From positions 1 through 54,121 of the forward strand of contig JAFWSW010000109.1 in assembly GCA_017519205.1 (NCBI GenBank): 54,121 nucleotides of DNA. The letters run 5' to 3'. Positions 17,211 through 26,202 of the stretch are shown here, piece after piece. A model generated the notes under the pieces. It saw nothing but the letters and a program-made list of their open reading frames with translations. It was not told where the DNA came from and made no database searches. This DNA is from Clostridiales bacterium (GTDB lineage: Bacteria; Bacillota; Clostridia; Saccharofermentanales; Saccharofermentanaceae). The position numbers were made by a program, and so were the translations under genes. Position 1 is the stretch's first letter. Every line of letters begins with the position of its first letter.

Positions 17211-17582
17211 ATGGATATCTTTGCTTTCATTTTTGCTGCCGGACTCGGATTCGGAGTTGCTTTCTGGATCGCATCGACCATGCTTAATAACTCAAACAAT
17301 ATCGGAGATTATCATGCGGATCCGAAGCATTATTCCGCCTCGGTGCATTTCACAGAGAAGTTGGAGATTTCTGCCAGGACGGCAAGAGAGGGGTGTATCG
17401 GCTATAGAAAGTCGACACTTCCGCTCGCGCCGAGAGGATCGGCTTTGGTCGAAAAGCCGAAGAATATCACCGGCTCCCAGGAGACTGAGCCGGAAGCTGA
17501 CACAGTATCAAAACCGGAACCTCAGAAAATTCCGCCAAGGAAAAACTCCTCCGGTTTCCCGAGACCTTTCCACGATGTATAA
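17211..17582 (+). CDS. Small single-pass membrane protein, partner 3
   Basis: 123 aa. Starts 7 nt after the upstream stop. TM FAFIFAAGLGFGVAFWIA. Motifs NNIGDYHAD, STLPLAPRG, C-terminal FPRPFHDV. Confidence 0.7.
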   Translation: MDIFAFIFAAGLGFGVAFWIASTMLNNSNNIGDYHADPKHYSASVHFTEKLEISARTAREGCIGYRKSTLPLAPRGSALVEKPKNITGSQETEPEADTVSKPEPQKIPPRKNSSGFPRPFHDV

Positions 17583-17618
17583 TGAGAGTTACAGACGGAA
17601 AAGGAGAGTAATGGAGTC

Positions 17619-18677
17619 ATGCCTTTTCGTATAGTTGAAGGTGACATCACGAAACTTCAAGTGGATGCCATCGTGAATGCGGCAAATGAGTCGCTTCTCG
17701 GCGGTGGCGGTGTTGATGGTGCGATCCATCGTGCGGCGGGCCCTCGTCTTCTGGAAGAGTGCCGGACACTTCACGGATGTAAAACAGGTGAAGCGAAGGT
17801 GACGCTCGGTTATGACCTTCCCGCAAAGTATGTCATCCATACTGTCGGTCCGATCTGGCGGGGCGGAAACTACGGAGAAGAAGATCTTCTTCGTTCCGCA
17901 TATAGGAATTCCCTTTTTTCAGCGCTCGAAAAGAACTGTGAATCGGTGGCTTTCCCGATGATCTCCGCAGGTGTCTACGGCTATCCGAAAGACCAGGCGC
18001 TGGAGGTCGCGGTCAGCACGATCCGTGCTTTTCTTGATGAACACGAGATGGATGTGACCCTCGTGATCTTCGACCGTGAAAGCTTCCGGTTCGACGGGCG
18101 TCTTTATTCCGAGATCTCAGGGTTTATCCGTAATACATATGACGATGGCAAAGGACAGAGAAACCTCCTGTATGACATGGAGAGTGCTTTTGAAGTAGAC
18201 GAGTGCATCTGCGAGGAGCGCGCCGAAGTACGAAAAGAGATCCGGCATGCAAAGAGTATGATGGGCGCATCCGCGATGGCAGCCCCGATCCAGATGCATC
18301 TTCAGGACACCGGTCTTAAGGAAGCACTGGAGAACCTGGATGAGAGTTTCTCGCAGGCGCTTCTCCGCATGATCGATGCACGCGGCATGAAGGATTCCGA
18401 CTGCTATAAGAAAGCGAATATCGACAGAAAACTTTTCTCGAAGATCAGATCCGATGTGAACTACCGGCCCAGCAAGCAGACGGTGCTGGCATTCGCGGTG
18501 GCGCTGGAACTGGATCTTTCCGAGACGGAGGCATTCCTTAAGAAGGCCGGCTTTGCACTCTCGCATTCCAATAAAGCCGATGTCATCGTAGAGTATTTTA
18601 TCTCGCACAGAAACTATGACATGTATCGCATCAATGAGGCGCTTTTCGCGTTTGACCAGAATCTGCTCGGTGCATAA
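17619..18677 (+). CDS. Macro-domain (ADP-ribose binding/hydrolase) protein with C-terminal HTH-like domain
   Basis: 352 aa. [23 protein letters not shown] macro signature. C-terminal ~110 aa resembles an XRE-like HTH module ([15 protein letters not shown]...[16 protein letters not shown]). Confidence 0.8.
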   Translation: MPFRIVEGDITKLQVDAIVNAANESLLGGGGVDGAIHRAAGPRLLEECRTLHGCKTGEAKVTLGYDLPAKYVIHTVGPIWRGGNYGEEDLLRSAYRNSLFSALEKNCESVAFPMISAGVYGYPKDQALEVAVSTIRAFLDEHEMDVTLVIFDRESFRFDGRLYSEISGFIRNTYDDGKGQRNLLYDMESAFEVDECICEERAEVRKEIRHAKSMMGASAMAAPIQMHLQDTGLKEALENLDESFSQALLRMIDARGMKDSDCYKKANIDRKLFSKIRSDVNYRPSKQTVLAFAVALELDLSETEAFLKKAGFALSHSNKADVIVEYFISHRNYDMYRINEALFAFDQNLLGA

Positions 18678-18766
18678 AGAGGCCCGGAGGACAACATAGA
18701 ATTACAGACTGCACTCAGAAGTGCGGTCCGTGAAATAAAAACTGAATACACAGGAGGAGAATGACC

Positions 18767-20197
18767 ATGACAAAGGCGTTAGAGGACATTCGGAAGATCA
18801 TCGACGAGAATAAGATCGAGATGATCGATTTTAAGCTGACCGATATCGACGGCAGGTGGAGACATCTGGCGATTCCGGCAGAGAGACTTACCGAGAGCAC
18901 GATGGAACAGGGCATCGGATTTGACGGCAGTAACTACGGGTATGCTCCTGTGGAAAACAGCGATATGGTATTTATCCCTGTTTTGGATTCGGCGGTCGTT
19001 GACCGCTACTGCGGGGTGCCGACACTCTCCATGATCGGCGATGTAAGAGTCATCGCTCTTCCTGAAAATAAGCCCTTCGACCAGTATCCGAGAAACGTCG
19101 CGATCCGCGCACTCGAATACATGAAAGAGACGGGTGTTGCCGATCAGATGATCATCGGACCGGAGTACGAATTCTATATCTTCGACGACGTGCGGTATAA
19201 AACCGACTACTACGATATGTTCGCGAGCATCTATACCTCGCAGGCACACTTTGCCTCCGGTGATGAGATGAACAATAACGGATTCCAGCTCCTTCCCGGA
19301 GCAGGCTATCACAACAGCCTGCCGACGGATATCCGCAACGATCTGAGATCTCAGATGTGTATATCCATGGCAGAGTGGGGCATCGGCGTGAAGTACCACC
19401 ATCCGGAAGTCGGCGGATCCGGTCAGATGGAGATCGAGGTCGAACTCGGCGATATGCTGAAACTGGCCGATGATACCATGTCCGCGAAGTACATCATCAA
19501 GAACGAAGCGGTACGTGAGGGTGTAACGGCGACCTTTATGCCGAAGCCTCTTGCCGAGGAGGCCGGCTCCGGTATGCACGTACATATGCTGCTTCTAAAG
19601 GACGGAAAACCTGTCTTCTACGATGCGGATGGCTATGCTCAGTTAAGTGAGACCGCACACTGGTTCATGGGCGGACTTCTCAAGCACGCGAGATCCATCT
19701 GCGCGATCACGAATCCTTCGACGAACTCCTATAAGCGTCTGATCCCGGGCTACGAAGCACCGGTCACGATCGGATATGCCATGAGTAACCGATCTGCTGT
19801 TATCCGTATTCCGGCCTACGCAAAAACACCGGAAACCAAGCGCTTCGAACTCCGGAATCCGGATGCGACCTGTAACCCGTACTATGCCTATGCTGCGATC
19901 CTGATGGCCGGCCTCGACGGAATCAAGAATAAGATCGATCCGCATGCAAATGGATGGGGTCCGTATGACTGTAATCTCTATACGCTTTCCGATGAGGAAA
20001 AAGCAAAACTCACCGGTCTTCCGGCATCTCTCGATGAAGCGATCCGTGCGCTCGAAGAGGACCATGACTACCTGACCGCAGGCGGCGTGTTCCCGGAGAG
20101 ACTTCTTAAGCAGCTCATCGAAAGAAACAGAAAAGCGGCAAGTAAAATCAATAAACTTCCGCACCCGGCGGAATTTGCGATGTACTACGATCTGTAA
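18767..20197 (+). CDS. glnA: Glutamine synthetase, type I
   Basis: AGGAGG 18753-18758 favours ATG 18767 over 18761. GSGMHVH and NPSTNSYKRLIPGYEAP motifs. Confidence 0.9.
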   Translation: MTKALEDIRKIIDENKIEMIDFKLTDIDGRWRHLAIPAERLTESTMEQGIGFDGSNYGYAPVENSDMVFIPVLDSAVVDRYCGVPTLSMIGDVRVIALPENKPFDQYPRNVAIRALEYMKETGVADQMIIGPEYEFYIFDDVRYKTDYYDMFASIYTSQAHFASGDEMNNNGFQLLPGAGYHNSLPTDIRNDLRSQMCISMAEWGIGVKYHHPEVGGSGQMEIEVELGDMLKLADDTMSAKYIIKNEAVREGVTATFMPKPLAEEAGSGMHVHMLLLKDGKPVFYDADGYAQLSETAHWFMGGLLKHARSICAITNPSTNSYKRLIPGYEAPVTIGYAMSNRSAVIRIPAYAKTPETKRFELRNPDATCNPYYAYAAILMAGLDGIKNKIDPHANGWGPYDCNLYTLSDEEKAKLTGLPASLDEAIRALEEDHDYLTAGGVFPERLLKQLIERNRKAASKINKLPHPAEFAMYYDL

Positions 20198-20216
20198 GAA
20201 AAACGGGTGATCTTAT

Positions 20217-20254
20217 GCGGTCCTCGGCAATCCCGCCGGGGACCGCTGTTTTTT
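20217..20254 (+). terminator. Rho-independent terminator
   Basis: 12-bp stem gcggtcctcggc / gccggggaccgc, loop aatccc, then tgtttttt. Confidence 0.85.
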
Positions 20255-20337
20255 CAGTTTGTTAATATAACAGTCATTTTTACAAATTATAATGATATTG
20301 ATGAATTCTGCGCCCATGCATCCTATGGAGGGGGAAC

Positions 20338-22620
20338 ATGAGATACGCATTTGCCGGATTATTCATAGTGATGATATTCGCCTTGCTGGCCTGTATGAGT
20401 GTGGCCAGAAGATCTTACCGCAAGATCAAAGGCGCAGTTCTCATGCTTCTCGGTATGCTTATCCCTCCGATGCTCGGCAATCTTATTATCATTCTTTCGA
20501 CAGTGAAGATCCCGGCAACGATCGGCTGTTATGTTTACTTCATCGGCATGGACGCCTTTATCATGGCGCTCCTGCATTTCACCTTCGAATACTGTATGAT
20601 CAAGTGGCCCAGCAATATCCCCCGTTATCTGGTGTACACACTGATCACGCTGGATGTTGTCCAGTATGCGCTGAACCCGATCTTCGGACAGGCGTTTGAT
20701 ACGGAAGCGATCCAGGTGGACGGCAGAAACTATCACCGTCTGTTACCTTATGCCGGACAGACGTATCACCGTTTAGTCGTGTATGGCATTTTTATCACGA
20801 TCCTTCTTATCTTCCTGATCAAGATGATCCGCTCGGCCCGTGTATACATGGAGCGCTACTTCGTGATCCTGATCACGATGGTGATGACCGGTGTCTGGCA
20901 GAGCTACTACATTTTCTCGAGAACACCGGTAGAGAAGTCCATGGCCGGATACGGTATCTTCGGACTTCTGATCTTCTACTTCACGCTGTATTACCGTCCG
21001 CTGACACTCCTTGACCGACTTCTCGCGAACATGGCTTCGGACATGCCGGATGCGATCTATTTCTACGATGTATTCGGACGCTGTATCTGGGCAAATGATC
21101 CGGCGATCCGCCTGGCAGGGATCAAGGACGAAAGATACGACAGTGCAACCGAGCTTCTCCAGAAGAAGTTCGGTGATCCGGGAAACTATAAGGATCCCGA
21201 GTGGTCCTGTACGAAGATCCTGGGTCATGGCGCTGATGCCCAGTACTACTATCACTTCAAGAGAACAGTCACGGATGACCGCGGAAAAGCAACGGGCGAC
21301 TTCCTGACGATCCGTGATATTACGGCAGAGCAGAGGATCCTCCAGCAGGAAAGATATAATGCGACGCATGACAGACTGACGGATCTCTTTACCAAGGAAT
21401 TCCTTTTCGAGAGTATCCGAAGGAAACTGAATGAGAATCCGGAAAAGGATTATCTGATCATCTATATCGATATCCAGAATTTCAAACTGGTCAATGATAT
21501 CTTCGGTACCAGCTTCGGTGATGAGACACTTAAGCAGATCGCAGAGCTACTTCGTAAACAGGTTCCGGATTCCGGACTATTCGGACGTATCGGCGGTGAC
21601 ACTTTCGGTGTGTGTATCCCGAAGGAAGATTTCCATGAAAAAGAACTGGATAAGGAACTGATCAACTTTACCGTAAGTCATGGCAATAAGGAGCATCAGG
21701 TCGTCCTGCATGCCGGTATCTACGAAGTGGTGGAAAAGGACCTGGATATTTCCTTCATGTTCGACAGAGCGCTTCTGGCGATGGTAACGATCGAAGAGGA
21801 GTACCAGACACATATTGCCTACTATGATGAGAAGATCAGAAAAGAAGTTCTGTGGGCACAGCACATCTCTGCGCAACTGAAGGATGCGCTTCGAAAACGT
21901 AATGTTGTTCCGTATCTCCAGCCGATCGTAAATACTGACGGGAAGATCGTCGGAGCCGAGGCGCTGGCCAGATGGATCCATCCGCAGGACGGTTTCCTGC
22001 CGCCGTCTACCTTCATCCCGGTCTTTGAAAAGAACGGCATGATCGTCGAGATCGACCGTTATATGTGGCGCTGCGCCTGCGAGATCCTCGCCGACTGGAA
22101 GAAGAACGGAAGAGACCTGTTTATTTCCGTCAATATCTCACCGAAGGATTTCTACTTCATGGATGTTGCTGAAGAGATAAAAGCACTGGTCAAAGAATAC
22201 GATATCGATCCGGTCAAGTTCCGTATCGAGATCACGGAGACCGTCATGATGACGGATATCGACAGCCGTATGAAGGTCCTCGATGAACTCCGGCAGGCAG
22301 GTTTTGTTGTCGAGATGGATGACTTCGGTTCCGGATTCTCTTCGCTGAGTCTTCTGAAGGATATGCCGGTCGATGTACTGAAGATCGACATGAAATTCCT
22401 GAAAGCGACCGCAGATGATGATAAGGCGAAGACGATCCTGCAGAACATCCTGAATCTGTCGGATGATCTGGGCATGTTCTCTCTGACCGAGGGTGTCGAG
22501 ACGAAGACCCAGCTCGAGATGCTCTCCAAGATGGGATGTAAGCTTTTCCAGGGTTTCTACTTCGCGAAACCATTGCCGCTCAATGAATTTGACTCCTTCC
22601 TTGCGTCCTGGGGGGCGTAA
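20338..22620 (+). CDS. Membrane sensor with degenerate GGDEF domain and EAL phosphodiesterase domain
   Basis: 760 aa. About 6-7 N-terminal TM helices. GGDTF at 21592-21606 in place of GG(D/E)EF. EAL at 21958-21966 with downstream DDFGSG. Confidence 0.88.
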   Translation: MRYAFAGLFIVMIFALLACMSVARRSYRKIKGAVLMLLGMLIPPMLGNLIIILSTVKIPATIGCYVYFIGMDAFIMALLHFTFEYCMIKWPSNIPRYLVYTLITLDVVQYALNPIFGQAFDTEAIQVDGRNYHRLLPYAGQTYHRLVVYGIFITILLIFLIKMIRSARVYMERYFVILITMVMTGVWQSYYIFSRTPVEKSMAGYGIFGLLIFYFTLYYRPLTLLDRLLANMASDMPDAIYFYDVFGRCIWANDPAIRLAGIKDERYDSATELLQKKFGDPGNYKDPEWSCTKILGHGADAQYYYHFKRTVTDDRGKATGDFLTIRDITAEQRILQQERYNATHDRLTDLFTKEFLFESIRRKLNENPEKDYLIIYIDIQNFKLVNDIFGTSFGDETLKQIAELLRKQVPDSGLFGRIGGDTFGVCIPKEDFHEKELDKELINFTVSHGNKEHQVVLHAGIYEVVEKDLDISFMFDRALLAMVTIEEEYQTHIAYYDEKIRKEVLWAQHISAQLKDALRKRNVVPYLQPIVNTDGKIVGAEALARWIHPQDGFLPPSTFIPVFEKNGMIVEIDRYMWRCACEILADWKKNGRDLFISVNISPKDFYFMDVAEEIKALVKEYDIDPVKFRIEITETVMMTDIDSRMKVLDELRQAGFVVEMDDFGSGFSSLSLLKDMPVDVLKIDMKFLKATADDDKAKTILQNILNLSDDLGMFSLTEGVETKTQLEMLSKMGCKLFQGFYFAKPLPLNEFDSFLASWGA

Positions 22621-22643
22621 GAAATCAGTATACAAGAGGACAG

Positions 22644-22679
22644 AGAAATGGCGCCCGTTTTGGACGCCATTTCTTTTTC
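22644..22679. terminator. Hairpin terminator between convergent genes
   Basis: agaaatggcg / cgccatttct stem followed by ttttt on the + strand. Confidence 0.7.
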
Positions 22680-22700
22680 TCTGTTTTGTGGATTTTCTGA

Positions 22701-23744
22701 TTACTGTTTTCTGCTTGCGGACATGACCAGTTTCTCGCAGAGGTCCTCGTAGGAGATGCCGATGGCACGTGCTTCCTGCGGGATCAGGCTGTTCGGTGTC
22801 ATGCCGGGGAGGTTGTTGGCCTCGAGACAGTAGAAGCGGTCATCTTCCTCGGAGAGGATGAAGTCTACGCGGGAGTAGTTTCCGAGTCCCAGTGTGTTGT
22901 GTACGGCAACAGCCAGTGCCTGTGCTTCCTTCGTCTTCTCATCGGAAAGCGCTGCCGGGCAGATCTCCTCGGTGGCATTTGCCTGATACTTGTTCTTATA
23001 GTCATAGAAGCCCTGCTTCGGGATGATCTCGATGATCGGAAGTGCCTGTCCATCAAGAACACCGATGGAGAACTCTCTTCCGTGGATCATCTTCTCGATC
23101 AGGCAGGTATTCTCATACTTCGTGGAATAGGTGATCGCCGCCTCCCACTCGGATTCGTCATGAACGATGGAAACGCCGCAGGAGCTGCCGCAGCCGATCG
23201 GCTTAACGACACACGGAAAACCGATCTTTTCACGGACATCGGAGATGGACTGCTTCGAAGGATCGAAGATCAGCCAGTCCGCAGTCGGGATATCGAACTG
23301 GAGAAGCAGTGTCTTTGTGAGGTGCTTGTCCATGGCCATTGCACAGCCGAGATAACCGGAACCGGTATACGGGATATCGTAGCAGTCCAGGACTGCCTGC
23401 AGACGTCCGTTCTCACCCATGCCGCCGTGGCAGCCGATGAAGACCGCGTCCGCTTTCTTACAAAGATCGATCACGCCGGGGCCGATGAGTTCTTTCCGGC
23501 CGCCGTGAGATGCGATGAGGGCCGGAAGATCCGGCTCGGTCTCCGGGATCGAGTAGGAGAATGTCTTGCCGGAATCAGGCTTTACGAAGCAGCTCTCCGG
23601 ATCTGTTTCTTCCGTTCCTTCGTATACGTCCACAAAGGCCACCTCATGACCCTTGGATAAAAGTGCATTTGAAATAAGACTTGCCGAACAGAGCGATACG
23701 TCGCGCTCCGGGCTGATGCCGCCGGCCAATACTACGATTCTCAT
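22701..23744 (-). CDS. ddl: D-alanine--D-alanine ligase
   Basis: 347 aa. GGISPERDVSL N-terminus and ATP-grasp layout. Confidence 0.9.
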   Translation of the reverse strand: MRIVVLAGGISPERDVSLCSASLISNALLSKGHEVAFVDVYEGTEETDPESCFVKPDSGKTFSYSIPETEPDLPALIASHGGRKELIGPGVIDLCKKADAVFIGCHGGMGENGRLQAVLDCYDIPYTGSGYLGCAMAMDKHLTKTLLLQFDIPTADWLIFDPSKQSISDVREKIGFPCVVKPIGCGSSCGVSIVHDESEWEAAITYSTKYENTCLIEKMIHGREFSIGVLDGQALPIIEIIPKQGFYDYKNKYQANATEEICPAALSDEKTKEAQALAVAVHNTLGLGNYSRVDFILSEEDDRFYCLEANNLPGMTPNSLIPQEARAIGISYEDLCEKLVMSASRKQ

Positions 23745-23945
23745 AAGTTAAGGACCTCCCCTCAAAGCGTGCTTCCCACCATTGTTGTCATTTTCCTTTC
23801 TGAAAAGCACACGCAATGATTATACACTTTTTCATTATATGGAAAGAGTGAAATCGGTATTTGTAACGAAAGAGTAGGATTTTAAGGTGACTACATGGCA
23901 CATGAATGGTATGATAGTGTGGTATAAGTAGGTGGAGGTCGCATT

Positions 23946-26192
23946 ATGCTTGCCATTTTGTATTTGATCATAGCTATCTTCTTCGGAACCCAGCTGATCC
24001 GTTTCCTGATCCCGGATATCCGTCGTCTGTACGTCGGTATCGCTTCCGAGCCCGAGACGATCGAGAAGGTCCCGACGATGCTTTTCCTGCTTCCGGCAGG
24101 AACCCTGGTCGGACTTCTTCTGACATCCTGGGTCACCTATTTCCTCGCCTACATCATGCATCCGTATATTCCGGCCGATACGGCGAACCTCCTTCCGGCG
24201 AATATCGTCAGCATGTGTATCTTCGCATATCTTGCCTGCCTGTTCTGGCAGAGATGTTTCCTCAGAAATTATCGAAATCTGCAGAATCCGTCTTTTAGGA
24301 AACTGCCGGATTTTCGCCGTCATCCGGGTTCGGTGATCTTCTATCTGACATCCATTCTCCTGGTAATCAGTGCTGTAAGCTTTGTTTATTTCTATACATG
24401 CTTCACCAGCGGCAATTCCATCCGTCTGGGATTCTCGATCTTCAGCGATTTCTCTCCGCACGTAGCGATCACTTCGGGATTCGGAATCGGTTCGAACTTC
24501 CCGACCCAGTATCCGCACTTCGCCGGAGACAATATCCAGTATCACTTCATGTTCTACTTCCTGACCGGTAATCTGGAGGCGATGGGCCTTCCGCTGGTCT
24601 GGGCGATCAACCTGCCGTCGATCCTCTGCATGGGATCCGCGCTGTCGCTTCTCGGAACACTGGCCGTGCTTCTTTCCGCAAGACGCGGCGCGTTCTTCTT
24701 CGCACCGCTTCTGGTGCTCTTCAGAAGTGCATGGAATGTATTCCATCAGTTCGCGGAATTAAAGGATGCTCCGGGTGCGACATTCAGCTCCGCGATCAAG
24801 ACTATCACGAAACAGTCTGCATGGTATGGTTACACGTTCCGAGATGAGTGGGGCATCTGGGCGATCAATGTCTATGCGAACCAGCGTCACCTGGCGATGG
24901 GTGTCGGTCTGGTGCTCGTATTTATCTTCCTGTTCCTGCCGCACTTCCGAAGGATGTTCCTGCATCTTTCCCGTACGAAGGGTGCCGGAAAGAAACTGAA
25001 AATGTTCTTTGCGTCCCGTGAAGCATGGATCGGAAGAAAATCGGATCCGCTTCATCCGTGGGGTTCTGTGATCCTGGGATCCGCCATCGCACTGGCGATG
25101 CCGTTCTTCCATGGTTCCTGCCTGATCTGCGCACTTCTGGTGCTCTTTGGTATGGCGATCTTCTCCGAGTTCCGTTTGGGATACGCGGTAGTAGCTGCCG
25201 TATCGGTGCTTTCCGCGACGGTCCAGGCCTGGTTCTTCGCCGGCGGCGCGTCCAATGTCGCGAGCTTCCAGTACAACTTCGGTTATGTTATTCCGGAACT
25301 TGCAGGAAAAGAGAAGGCCGGTATCGCTACCGTATTTGCTTCTCTGGGTACGATCGGAAAATACCTCGTTAAGATCGGCTTCCTGACCATCATCCTGTCG
25401 GCGCTCCTCTTCGTAGGACTTCTGATCTATGAACTGGTCAGAAAGAAGAATCCGTACCGTCCGGTACTGCTTGTTTGCTTTGCTTTCCCGATGGTATTTG
25501 CATTCTTCTGTCAGATCTCTCTGGAGGTCCTTGCAAACCATAAGTTTATCCAGGTGAGCTTCATCCTCTTCGATATCTTTGTTGCAGGACTTCTTGCCAA
25601 CCTGCTGGCGCTTCCGCTCCGCTTGGCGAAGAAAACGGAAGACGGAGATGCGAAGTCTTCCAAGTTTGCGATGCCGAAGAAAGCATTTATCCCGACGCAG
25701 ATCGCATCCGCCGCTATCTGCCTGTGCCTGACCTTCGGTCTTACGGCGACAGGTATCAGTGAATGGTACACCTACTACAACATCAATACACATGAGGGCG
25801 GCTTCGTCGAGCTCAACCCGGATGCACAGATCGTGGACTGGGTCTGCAAGAATACCGCTGAGGATGACATCTTCCTCACACCGATGTGGTCGGTCAACGA
25901 CTTCTTCCTGAGCGGACGCCGTGTCTACTATGGATGGCCGTACTTCGCATGGTCGGCAGGCCATGACACCGCGACACGCCAGATCAACTATCAGTGGCTG
26001 CTGTGCGGCTGTAATGACAACATCGATGAGTTCCGCCGCTACTGTAATGAGGTGGGTATCCGCTATGTCATCCTTTCCGATGATTACTACGGCAACACGG
26101 AGACCAGCGACTATTATTATCCGGAGTTCTTTGAGAACAATCTGACCGAGATGGTCCGTTTCGACGACGGCACGGCGATCTATAAGGTCTGA
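23946..26192 (+). CDS. Large polytopic membrane protein with C-terminal soluble domain (possible GT-C-type glycosyltransferase, unverified)
   Basis: 748 aa. Many hydrophobic segments, about 130-aa hydrophilic C-terminus. No firm family call. Confidence 0.55.
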   Translation: MLAILYLIIAIFFGTQLIRFLIPDIRRLYVGIASEPETIEKVPTMLFLLPAGTLVGLLLTSWVTYFLAYIMHPYIPADTANLLPANIVSMCIFAYLACLFWQRCFLRNYRNLQNPSFRKLPDFRRHPGSVIFYLTSILLVISAVSFVYFYTCFTSGNSIRLGFSIFSDFSPHVAITSGFGIGSNFPTQYPHFAGDNIQYHFMFYFLTGNLEAMGLPLVWAINLPSILCMGSALSLLGTLAVLLSARRGAFFFAPLLVLFRSAWNVFHQFAELKDAPGATFSSAIKTITKQSAWYGYTFRDEWGIWAINVYANQRHLAMGVGLVLVFIFLFLPHFRRMFLHLSRTKGAGKKLKMFFASREAWIGRKSDPLHPWGSVILGSAIALAMPFFHGSCLICALLVLFGMAIFSEFRLGYAVVAAVSVLSATVQAWFFAGGASNVASFQYNFGYVIPELAGKEKAGIATVFASLGTIGKYLVKIGFLTIILSALLFVGLLIYELVRKKNPYRPVLLVCFAFPMVFAFFCQISLEVLANHKFIQVSFILFDIFVAGLLANLLALPLRLAKKTEDGDAKSSKFAMPKKAFIPTQIASAAICLCLTFGLTATGISEWYTYYNINTHEGGFVELNPDAQIVDWVCKNTAEDDIFLTPMWSVNDFFLSGRRVYYGWPYFAWSAGHDTATRQINYQWLLCGCNDNIDEFRRYCNEVGIRYVILSDDYYGNTETSDYYYPEFFENNLTEMVRFDDGTAIYKV

Positions 26193-26202
26193 GGTCCTCT
26201 AT

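Noticed and set aside
17221-17634. 137-aa ORF in an alternative frame over small partner gene 3
   Set aside because: The 17211 frame is the one conserved with the other two small partners (TM, NNIGD, APRG, FPRxFHDV). The alternative frame is R/S-rich noise.
20292-20699. 135-aa ORF overlapping the start of the GGDEF/EAL gene
   Set aside because: It is out of frame with the 760-aa sensor, which has a GGAGGGGG RBS at the right distance.
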